Assembly: GCF_000002075.1 (NCBI RefSeq)
Contig: NW_004797457.1
Span: 795,612-859,611, forward strand
Source: Aplysia californica
Lineage: Eukaryota
Length of the DNA: 64,000 nt
Direction of reading: 5' to 3'
A program made the position numbers and the translations under genes. This document shows positions 48,101 through 59,127 of the stretch, piece by piece. The notes under the pieces are model-generated. The model made no database searches, had not been told where the DNA came from, and worked only from the letters and a program-made list of their open reading frames with translations. Each line of letters opens with the position of its first letter. Positions within the stretch are counted from its first letter, which is position 1.

Positions 48101-51100
48101 TGTGCAAAAGCTCCAAACGCTCAACCTGTTGCTCATCACTGATGGAGCAAGAGAAGGTAAAATAACTTCAGTGATTATATAAAATAACATAATGTCTGTG
48201 TAGGAATGTACTCCAATTGATTCTTAGCTGTTAAAGAGATCTGCATTAGGAGAGTACTGGGTATAGGTGTTCTTTAACCCCCCCTCATTATTTCCTTCCT
48301 TTTCTACTCAGTGAAAGTCACTCTCACTCTCAAGACCAAATACATTGTATAAAACTTTGCTATGATTATGTAGGCCTGGAATACAGTCTTTCTTCCGATA
48401 TGAAAAATCTACACAGTAGTCTAGTTATCAGTGCAAAAGAAAAGGAACAAGCACAAAGATAAAATACCATGCAAAAAAAAGTCAAATGCAAAAACTTTCA
48501 TGAAAATTGTAGGATTATGCAACTTTGAATGCTGTAGAAGAATCACAACATACAAAGCCCTCTGTAAAGACACAGATCTAAAATCTTATAAGAACTATAA
48601 TGTTTTTGCTAAAACATAATATCCAACGCATTTTTGGTGAAATCAGGATATCCAACTATGTATTTTTACTGAACCCATGACTATTATTACACATCTTTTA
48701 AAAAATAAAATACACCCAAAGCAGTTTCAGTGAAACCAGCATTTTACATACAGTTCCTTGTTGTAATACAAGTTTGGCTATTGCATGATAGATCATAGGA
48801 ATATGTCCTCCGCCCATCATACTTTATCTTTACCAATGAAAGAATGTGAATTTTAAAAAATAAAAAGTAGTAAAAATCAATAGGCCCACATAAGTGTAAT
48901 GCATTCTGATTTCTCTATTATTAATTATTACTACATAGGTATGTATTCAGACAGGAACAGCATCAGTTGTAGCCTGATGATTACTGGTTAGGCTCTTAGT
49001 CTTAGACGCTGGATACAGAAAACAAAGAGTTTGATTCCCAAGTGATTAAATTATTCTATCACGTGTCTCCATCTGTCTGCTAGGATGTTGTTTCCCGCTC
49101 AAATTTTGCCCATGGGAGTGTAAAATAAAAATAAAAACCAAATATTAGGTCACCACATTAACTTCCAGTATGTTCATTTGAATCTTAATTTAAATCAATA
49201 CAAGCACCTCTTTTGTTGCAGATAACATATTACTACAAAGATTTCGCTGAAATAAGATTTCATTACACTTTTACAAATCAAGGCTAGATAAATATATGTG
49301 TGGGGGTGTGCCTGAAGAAAGGTCCCAGTTGTCTGCAAAGCCATTTTTGAGCAACAGGGTGAAAAGGTAAAAAAATCGTACTCAACTCATTCGCTTTGTA
49401 TTATTTTCGGCTTGTGGACGAATTTTTTTCGGGAGGGCGAATTGAGATGGCGACTAGTGCGCAGTTCACAGGTCTTTGGGGCCATAAATTCAAATAAATA
49501 TCAACATATTATATACCAACATTTTCAGTATGGTTTGTAGAAAACATCTGTATTGTTTATTTGTGTATTTTTCAACTTTGATTCCTGTAAGAGGCGATTA
49601 TGCAACACAATTGTGATTGGCTGCAGATAAAATTTGAAAAAAAAAATTTAATAATCTCAGTTGAAACTCAAAAAATATGTTTGCACCTAGATCTAGTCAA
49701 ATGATACTATTGATACATCAAAATAACCATAACTGTATATAGAACAAGAAAATATTGAAAAATGTGAGGTTATTTACACACATTCCATCAATTTTGTACA
49801 TTTTGATCATAACATCCGATATTGAAAAAAAAATAATTTTTTAATAATTTTGAAAAAAGGATCACAAACAGAAAAAAACCCACTCGTATCTTGTATGGAA
49901 TTATTCAGAATTGCATTTGGAATAAACCTATATGTATCTTGAGTGGTACTTTTTCAGTAATTTCACCAAAAAATAGTGATTTTAGGGAGAAAAAAATATT
50001 TTGCCTATTTAGATCTAGGCCTAGGTCTAGCACTCAAAAATATTGATTTCTCAATTACAGTGCACTGGCAATTTGAGTCCAATAGTATCAATATTATAAA
50101 GAAGAGTTCTACATTTCTTTAGTGAGCAAAATAACGTTATATTTTGTTGTGTAAAAGTACTAAGACTCGTGTGTGGGCTATAATTTGGGCTTCGTGATAA
50201 AACAATGTCGCATAAACTTCGAAATCGTGTTTTAAAACTGAATCAAAACTTCCGATTTTCGGTGGAAACGCTTGACCCGGAAGTCAACGTTATATTATGA
50301 CCTTTATTTTAACATGGATATGTGGATTGGAATAGAAACCAAGCTAAAATTGAACGTCGGTTCTCAAGCCGCCGGGGGCGGCTTAGTGTACTGACGGCAC
50401 TTTAGTCGCGCCGCCCCCCTACGGCTCGGCGTAGCGAATGAGTTAAGAGAACTGGTAAAAAATTTAGTTCCATCAGTAAACATATGTTTGACCATTTCTT
50501 AATAGCATATTGAAAGGAATTTATAACATTTTAAGGTTTAATATTTTTTATCAGTTTTTTCTGTGGCATGTTGTACTTCATCGAAGGTTACAAGGTGATA
50601 GAAACTGGGGTATTCTCCAAACTTTGTTTTTACATCCTGTGTTACAAAATGTGGCATGTCTCTAAAATTGCTCAAGATATTTGAAAAATGTAAAAACCAG
50701 TGTGTTCAACATTGAATTGGTCACAAAAATATATGCCCTTATTTCAATATATCTAAAATATTCGACAACTGGGCCCTTTCCCTAGGCACACACAATAGGC
50801 TTATACAGATGTAGACTTACAAAAAGTGAAAGTAGACTCTTGGTAATATGCAAGGAACCAAAACAATGATAGTCACCAAGATGATTAGCAGTATCCACCA
50901 TCTCGCGCCATTGTCTGCAATAAAGAATATTTTAAACTTTATACAATACAAACGTGAAAAAACAGATACAAAACATAATGGGTAATGATTTCGCCTACCG
51001 TATAACACGGGGATAGATCGAACACAGAAGACTAAAAAATCATACAACCGTCAAACTGTAGATACGGTCCTATTTTTTTTTCTTCTTTATCTCTGTAAGA

Positions 51101-54100
51101 AAATTAAGCGAAGCTCGAACATAAACACGGAATAGTCAAACTAATCACGCTGCCCTAGAGGTCTAAAGTTAATGTCCTTTGAGTTGCACTTGAGACAAAA
51201 TAATAATACAGTCGAACCTGTGTAAGACGGCCACCCATTGTCAAGGAGAAAAGTGGCCTTATAAGACACGTGGCCGTCTTAGGCAGGACTGATCAAGATG
51301 AAGAAAACAAACCATTCCTTTCTGAGGTCCCAACCGAAAGTAGTCGCATTGTTGTTGTTGATATTGTTGCTGTTGTTTTCCCTGGGGGGGGGGGGGGGTG
51401 TTCTTTTGCTGCTGCTTTTGAGCAAAGGTGACAATAAAACGAAATGGACCAAGTACTATGATAAAACAAACATACGGGTCGCCACCACTCGGAGAACGAG
51501 CGACGCTTTTGTAACAAGTTCATGCTGACCTCCATGGTTACTTAGTTACAAACTGGGTAAACAGTGACCACTCATCTCCCTTGCTATTTGTGTCGTGAGT
51601 TCTGGGCGGGGCTTATGGGTTATGAGGGATCACATGCTTACCTCACCAGCAGCTGAAAATTTGTTACCTATTGGTCGAGAGTGGGAGGGGCCTACGCAAC
51701 ATGATCGGTTGGAGGGACTACCTCGGAACATGCGTAGAAATAACGACAGGTGATAGGATTATGATGGCTCGCCAACAACGCCAGGGACCAAAGCATGATT
51801 TATGACAAAACGTAATGGCGTCACTAAGGGGCCGTCTAAGACAGGTGTTATTGCTTGGTGTGATAGGGGTTGTGTGTCAAAATATTGTGGCCGCGGCCGC
51901 GTTGGACAGGTGCCCGTTTTACACAGTTAAATTATATAGAAAGAACGCTAGGGTGGAAATGGAAAGTGGCAGTTTGTACAGGTGGCCGTCTTATACAGGT
52001 GGCCGTCAGGGCAGGTTCGACTGTATTTTGAAAAATGGGAAAAGGCAAGGTGGTAAAATACCCCCCCCCCCCCCCCCCCCTCTCCACAGAAGCAGCTAGC
52101 TGTGCTATTTCTAGCGCGCTGCTCAACACGCATGCCTCGGCACTTGACTTAGCTACGCTTGTGTGGAGCGGGCGAGAGAAAGGGTTGTTTGTCACCGGAT
52201 CTATTGTTTTGCCCCTGAAGTAGCAATCTTTGTTGTTTCCCTTGATTCTCTGACACATCCATGCCATAACACTGTTCATGTATCCCCTCGAACTACGGAT
52301 TCCTCTATCTACCGTGGCCGGTCCCGACAAATTCGAGCTATCCGTGTTATACTGCACATGATTTTTCTTTGCTTTAAATCCAAGCTGTGTAAGTGGTGTT
52401 GACTTTGATTATCAATTTAAAATTAAGAACAAAAAATTGAAATTAAAAAAAAAACAAAAAAACAAACAAACCAATTTGAAATTTAGAGAAAAGAACAGCA
52501 CAGACTGTGCTAAGAAAAACATTAGAATTTAGTTTGAAAATTGGACTTCTAAATGCAATGATTTTGGCCATCATTTTGAAAAAAAAATTTACATACATTC
52601 AACTAGATCAATTCGCATGTCAGAGAAGTTGACGTTAAAAAAATTGCCTAAAAAAATATTAACCTCTACTTACAATCAGATTCACAATTAGGAAAAGTCC
52701 CTTGCCAGTTTCCAGACACATCACACTCTAGGTTGAAAACAGAATCAGGCAGATACTGAGGAATACAGACAACCTCAAAGATTGCACCTTCACTGTATGA
52801 GGTCCTTATTGATGATAGCGGGTATATTTCACTAGGCACATCTGGCAGGAGGCAATCTGAAATGAAAACATTATTTTGCAAATTTCATCATCTTTGTATA
52901 GTTTGGGGGCACTGTATTTTTTTGTGTGGAGGTGAATTGGTTGTCACTTCATAATTCATTTACCCTGATCAAAGATATTTTATCTAAAAAAACAGCTGTA
53001 TTTTGACTTCACACACACTAGCCTAGTCACTAGCCTTCTACAGTTTAGCCCACATACAATAGAGAAATTGGTGTGACGCGGAAATCTTTTCATTATGTGT
53101 GAATTCCGTTTAAATATCATGTATGTGGATACAGTCAAATTGTCTAAGATGGCCACCCAATGTTGAGGAGAAAAAGCGGCTGTCTTAGACAGGTGGATGT
53201 TATACACAGTGCCATTATAAAGTTTAAAAAACTCAAAGGGGGGATGGGAAGTGGCGGTGTGTACAGGTGAATGTCTTTAGTTATACAGGTGACTGTTAAA
53301 GCAGGTTCAACCGTACGAAGAAAATACAATGTACATGGACAGGAAAAAATTTGGTACGGTAACAGAAAATTTGTTTGCAAAGTGCCTGTTTCACTATGTG
53401 ACTGTTTCATATGTGTGTGTGTTCGCTATGTGCATGCTAGACTGTAGTTACTTAATGTCTATACTTCTTTTAACCTGGTAAGCAAGCCAATGATGGTAGT
53501 TAAATTCCAGAGAAAATGTAGAATAATTGTCATCTTCCAGGGAGTGGCATAAAAAACAGTCAACACCATGGATTTGAAAAACCTAGTCTGAATGTATATC
53601 TATACTGATGGAAATTGTCTAAGATGACCAGGACTTGCCGAAGAGAAAAGTGGCTGCCTTAAGACAGGTGGCCTTCTTTCAGAGTCACTATAAAGTGAGA
53701 AAAAGACGTGAGGGGGGAGGGGCGTTTGTTTAGGTGATTGTCTTATACAGGAGGCTGTTAAAGCATGTTCGACTGTATTTATAAAAATGAAAAATGCCTT
53801 TCACCTTCACATAGAAGCTATTATTTCACAATATGTGAGGCAGCATGGTGGAATCAGGCTCTCGTCAAAATAATCAAAGTAAAGAAACCTGGATTTTTCC
53901 GCAAGTTTGTGAATATTTATTAAATTTTTGGTTTTTGGCACAACACCTTTCATGCTCATTAAAGAACTCATTTCTGTGTGGAATTTTCTGAAAAACGTTG
54001 ATTAAAGGCACAAAAATGTAAATTTTCAGTTACCACGTACTCTTTTAAGCTGAGGAAATAACTAATCTTTGGTGGCCATTTTCTCACTAATTTTACCTCT

Positions 54101-54543
54101 GAAAAACAGGTGACCCCCACCTCCTTCAATTGAAAATATATCAACGTATAAGATAAATGGATATTTTTTTCATCCAAATAAAGACAGGTGAACAAGCTTT
54201 AAGATGATACCAATAACTCTACATGCCCAGAAATTGACGAGCGCCTGATTCCACCACGCTGACTCGCATATAAGCTTTAGGTCTGCTATTTTTGGCCTGT
54301 TAGCAAAAAGTTCACCAACCAGAATACAAGTACAAGATGATTCAAATTAGAATACAAATACAAGAATATAAAAGTACAAGATGATTCAAATTATCAGCAC
54401 TTCATGCATCTCAAAAAAATATATCTACGAAAATAATTCAAATAATTCCTACCACAAGTAACATGTCTTGCACAATGGTGAAGTAGTACAGCAAGTATAC
54501 ACAAAAATCCTCGCAAGGCACCCTGGTAGGAGGTCATCGTCAT
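45147..54543 (-). CDS. Single-pass type I membrane protein with one sushi (CCP/SCR) domain, ~197 aa
   Basis: Exons 54543-54453 (signal peptide MTMTSYQGALRGFLCILAVLLHHCARHVTC), 52856-52674 (phase 1-1 sushi: C-LLPD..SYSEGA.FEVVC.PQY..LECDVSGNWQGTFPNC), 50914-50821 (TM WWILLIILVTIIVLVPCIL), 48138-48023, 47024-46938 and 45169-45147 (GDSKVYL*). All GT-AG and phase-consistent. The cytoplasmic exon chain is less certain than the first three exons. Confidence 0.78.
45310..46436. mobile_element. MITE family C (CAGTATAAC termini), copy interrupted by a SINE
   Basis: tacagtataatacagagatag ... ctatccttgttatactgta. Paralog at ~50998-52354. Confidence 0.7.
45854..46395 (+). mobile_element. tRNA-derived SINE (Deu/Nin-domain-like), copy 2
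   Basis: gggggctctcgtggcctagaggttaagg..ggttcgaatccgg (A/B boxes). Colinear with the reverse complement of 32133-32660. Confidence 0.88.
49297..50794. mobile_element. TIR element hosting the piggyBac-like copy 2
   Basis: Inverted termini gtgtgcctgaagaaaggtcccagttgtc / gacaactgggccctttccctaggcacac. Confidence 0.6.
49386..50442. mobile_element. Non-autonomous piggyBac-like element, uninterrupted copy 2
   Basis: TIRs ctcattcgct / agcgaatgag, flanks TCAA / TTAA. Colinear with 30995-33307 minus its two insertions. Confidence 0.78.
50998..52354. mobile_element. MITE family C copy interrupted by a family B MITE
   Basis: taccgtataacacggggatagatcgaac ... gagctatccgtgttatactgca. Colinear with 45310-46436 outside the insertions. 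Confidence 0.7.
51209..52023 (+). mobile_element. MITE family B, complete copy; short relatives at ~53131-53333, ~53610-53776, ~62724-62910
   Basis: Perfect TIR cagtcgaacctg / caggttcgactg with TA on both sides. Confidence 0.88.
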
Positions 54544-54905
54544 TGTGGATTTTCAGTTATAATTTTCTGAAATTAAAAAAGAGAGATTAGAGAGTTTCTT
54601 TCATCCATCCATAGGAAATGCAACAAAAAAAGAAAAAAAAAGAAAAGAAGAATGAACAGCATCGCAAAGTGTCCTACACCTATAGGTGCATACGCTATAC
54701 ACCCACTGATACATTTCAAGATTATTATAATCTATATTAGCGTACATACATAGAGATGGTTATAAAGTCATAATTTTATAAAGATGAGCGTTTTCTCTCT
54801 CTAGAGGCTCTACGTCACTCGCTTTAAAATATTTCCTGATAAAGTGTAATATGATGATAAACAGTGTTCTCGTAAAATACTTATTTAATTTATCATTTAA
54901 ATCCA

Positions 54906-55690
54906 CCCCCCCCCCCCCCCCCCCCCCCCCCCCACAACATACACACAAAGTAACTCATCTTATTGTATAACTCTTATATGTTGGAGTAGATACACAATTA
55001 GATCTAGTAGCACAAGCAAAAGAATTTAAAAGAAAAGTTGTGATAGTGATGATGCTACAGGTGGCGAAGGTGGTAGTACTTAGTAGCAGGAGCAATAATA
55101 ATAGTAGTTACTACTCAATTTAAATTTTAATTTCAGGAAGTTTACACCACCAGCTTTTTCACAACAACAAAAATTCAAGAGAGCTGAGAGAATGCAATTT
55201 TGTTCAATAGAAGTAGTAGTAGCAGTAGGCAGTAGTAGTAGTAGCAGTAGTAGTAGCAACAGCAGCAGCAACAGCAGCAGCAGCAGCAGCAATAATAACA
55301 GTAGTAGTGTATTTAACCGGCAGCGATTGCGGCCATGCTACTACTACTTTTTATTTTGCTGACAGAAAATAGTATTAATCATCAATGTGGAAAGAAAATC
55401 AGCTGTTAGCATTACTGATACTGCTATCATTATCAATCATTTCATTAAATCTGTTGTAGGTGGTTGGCGGGTGCTTTGGCACGGTTTGCTCCTAGCCTTC
55501 TTTTCTATAAAACATCTGTCGTCCTGATCTGTCCTCCTCCTATTTGTTACTCTCTTGAAACACCTCTAATCTTCTACTCATATGACATTATGTAGTTGCG
55601 AGTGCCGTAAAACACTTACCAAAACTTACATCCATTATCATTAGAATTTAATTTTTCTTATCTAGGTGGCCCTCAGCACGATCTGCAATC
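54906..55690 (+). repeat. Near-identical local duplication (partner 61215-62040)
   Basis: Sequence from acaacatacacacaaagtaactc to gatctgcaatc recurs at ~61230-62042. Both copies abut N gaps. A short third fragment lies at ~63430-63510. Confidence 0.85.
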
Positions 55691-56094
55691 NNNNNNNNNN
55701 NNNNNNNNNNNNNNNNNNNNNNNNNNNNNNNNNNNNNNNNNNNNNNNNNNNNNNNNNNNNNNNNNNNNNNNNNNNNNNNNNNNNNNNNNNCCCCCTTAAA
55801 ATATGTTTGTTAGCGCAACATCAAATTCGTTCATCCTGAATGAGAACTGAACACTCCAGTAATAACTTTCACCACTCCTCTACAAAACCATTCAAAGGCA
55901 CAACCCATAGGACGGTATGTCAAGTTCACCTCCCTCATGATCACGGTCACAGAGTCACTTAAAATAGCGGCAAGAAGATGAACCAATCATAATTCTCTTG
56001 AGCACTCCGCTGGATTGCTCCGTTGATCACATACTTTTGGAATTGAATAGCGTACAGTCTATCGCGTTTATTTTTAGACTGCCTACTGTGGGCT

Positions 56095-58268
56095 CAGGGG
56101 CGGCTCGTGGGTCTAAAAAGTAGGCGTGCACAATTAGGTTAGAGCAGGTTGAAGATAGTCAAGGGCATGTAAATTAGATGTTTTCTTCATCCTACCTGTT
56201 TTGAGAAAATCTATTTGAAGAAGAAGCTTTCCTTTCGTTCTTGGGCTTGAGCAAAAGTGTCCATTATTGTGTTGACGAAGTTGGGTATGTTGTCAATGAT
56301 ATCCTTGTGGATCGACATAAACGTACGTCAGTGCGATTTCTGGTATTTTGCATACTTCTCTAAATGATGTCTCGAATTTGTAGTTCTTCAGAGTTGAAGA
56401 AAGGCCCTGGATTATACATGTACGACACTGAGCAGATTTAATTGTTTCATTGCAATGTAATACTTATAATTCTGTTTGTAATTTGATTTTAAGCAAAACA
56501 GTAATATTTCTGTAAACGATCCTAAGAGAACTGTTGGAAACGACTTTTGATACTTCTGGAATTTGGATGAATCGCAGATTGAGAGTGCATTGATTTTATT
56601 TTGCTTCGAGAAACTGTCACAATTTGAGTAATTATTATGTCACAGGCCTACTTTGCAGCAATTTCGTTGGGGTTGTTGTGTCTGCGTCTCTTGGAAGCGT
56701 GTTTCTCTGTTGTCTGTCTTGTTGATGGAACAAGTATACTGTTTCTCATTTCATCGAAAGCTACTTTAAACGTGTCTAGAACTTGTTGGGCTGCTATGGG
56801 TGTTGTACTTCTGTGTTAGAGGATCCCATAAACAGCGTCAACGTGCGTGTATACTTTGTTGAAAAAGTGCAAAAAGAAGAGAAATGCTTCGCTCTTTAAT
56901 ACATTCAGGATACCATCGTGAATGGAATTATCATCCCAGTGCTCAGACTGAATTTCTTCAAAACAGAGCTGGATCTCTCCTTTCCAAATGAAAACTGTGC
57001 TTATTAGTCGAGACTGTAAATTCCACCTTGTTTCAGATGGCCATGGAATATTCCGGTGACAAACACCGGTGCATTTTGTAGAGTGGGCAAAAAATGTCGA
57101 AGAGCCTGCATAGCATTAGCGAAAAATACCTCAGTTCCCCGACAAATCACCCTTTTTATGACCGCGAAGGGTGAGTTCGTGAGTTTCACAGGACAAAATA
57201 CACTAGACAACCTTACACAATACGTGTTTATTCTTTCTCACCAGTTCTTTATTGTGAGGCGTTGCAATGCGATGACCTACGACTAGCTGCGCTGCTATGT
57301 CTACATGTCCGAAAGTATGATACTTAACGGCATTTTTTACGTGCGCTCTTGATGACTTTCGACTTTAATGCGTTGTTTCAATTGGACAAGATCAGTAAAA
57401 CCTGTCTTAGACTAGATCTACTTGGGGTCCTCAGTTCCAAAAAGCAGACAGGAGAAACAGTAGGCCTAATCTAGGTCTACAAGGAATATAATTTGTTGTG
57501 TAAGCCACTCCACTTTTTATTCATTGTGTTATTTTGATATCTTTAGTTTGGTGAGGACTTAATTCATTCACCCTTTTCTTTTTACTTTGTTTGGTGAACT
57601 GAATTCATTTGCAATCAACTTCATTCATCCTGCATTGGAATACACACTCGAGTAATAAAACTTTCACCACTACACCATTCCAACTTCTAACACAATGACC
57701 TAATTACGTCATGTTGACCTCGCTCAAGTTCAGGGTTACAGAGGTGGGGCTAGAGATATAAATGGCAAGACAATGGACCAATCGCACATCGCTGGGAGCA
57801 CTCCGGTGGATTGCCCCAAAGCTATCATAATACGGGCATTGAATTGTGTAGGCTGTCGTGAACTGGTTTGAGATTGCGTTATTTTTAGACTGCGTCTATG
57901 GGCTTTGTTCGGCTGGAGCACATCGAGATTGTGCCGCCTTATTAATATTTATGAACTAAGAAACTCGGTCAAAACGTCATCGTTGTTTGGGTCGTCCCAT
58001 AGAGCATTTTCCGAGATAGATTACACACCTGAACATACTATTTTTTACTTGGGTGAAGCAAAAGAACTTGGTAGATCTATGTAATATTAGATGTTGTAGA
58101 GCTGTTGTAGATGTTGTAAGGAGCGAATAGGCTCTGGCGAGGAACCTGTACGTAAAACTGATTGGATGATGGATGGTAAAGGTTCTTTTGTTGTCACTTT
58201 GAAGGTGTTGTGCGCTAAAATTTTTGGGCGGCAGTGCACGACCGTGCTCTATGGACCAGCCGCCCCTG
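56095..58268 (-). mobile_element. Decayed hAT transposon (Tip100/ZMYM1-like transposase relic)
   Basis: TIRs caggggcggct(c/g)gt and a perfect 8-bp TSD TGTGGGCT (56087-56094, 58269-58276). Minus-strand relic ~57520-56212 shows a TTF-type Zn finger (EWL..LYCFSCLLFG..GFTDL), a DUF4371-like segment (VDIAAQL..H..VRKNKHVL..ELTLRGH), ETRWN, and the dimerisation tail (FMSIHKDII..IMDTFAQ..R..FFFK*), with stops and deletions. Confidence 0.88.
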
Positions 58269-59040
58269 TGTGGGCTATGTTTCGGCACTATTCGGCAGGA
58301 GCATATTTGAGATGTGCCGGCTTATTAATATTAATGTACCGGCAAACTCGCTACGAGTGTCGTCATTGCTTGGGTTATCCCAAATACCGATTTATAGGTC
58401 AGGTTACTAGTGTTGAATATCCCATTATGTTTAGTTAAAGCGTGTGGACTTTGGCAGGGCATAGTAGATGTTTCATGGCGCTATAGACATAGAAATGATA
58501 GTTACGGTGCAAGCGAGAACCTTGTTTTGATATTATATTTGGCTAGTGCTTGTTTCTTGCTTCTTTTATTTTATGTTTGTGGGTGCTTTACGTAATAGAA
58601 TATTTTTTAAAAATTGGGCGGCACTGCACGACCGTGCTCTATGGACGAACCGCGCCTGGCCACTATTTATACGAGGAAGGGGGGGGGGGGCACAAAAATA
58701 GGTATAAAAGTTATGAAAAAAGATAATACTCATTGCATTTATTACACAAACAAAGAAGGGCATATGACAATATCATACTTAAAATAAAAATAAAAAAGTG
58801 AGGAATCCGAGTGAGGAATCAAAAAATTGTGGGGCTTAGAGCCATTGCTGTTCTCTGCTGAAAACAGGAAGGAAAATTTTGAAGCGGTTTCATAATTCAA
58901 AAAGAAAAGAGGAAGGACTAAAGTTAGAAATTAATATTCCGATGCCCTCACTGAAAGCACAGTTGGAGTTGGCCCTACACGTAGGAAAAAAACTGGAGAG
59001 ATAATATTCACTGGCCTTCAGAAAAGTGTCTGTGTAGACA

Positions 59041-59076
59041 TCTCTGTCTGTCTGTCAGTCTGTCTGTCTCTCTGTC

Positions 59077-59127
<51 letters not shown>
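59041..59127. repeat. (TCTG)n microsatellite running into a gap
   Basis: Directly visible. Confidence 0.9.

Noticed and set aside
48752-49008. Additional candidate exons of the sushi gene (48821-48752; ~49008-48940), and another at ~50637-50577
   Set aside because: Phases are incompatible with the flanking exons or give immediate stops, and the 50.6-kb candidate lies inside a TIR element.
57270-57302. Plus-strand 'TYD..AAMS' resembling the hAT catalytic motif
   Set aside because: The same bases give a much longer coherent DUF4371-like match on the minus strand, so this is treated as coincidence.
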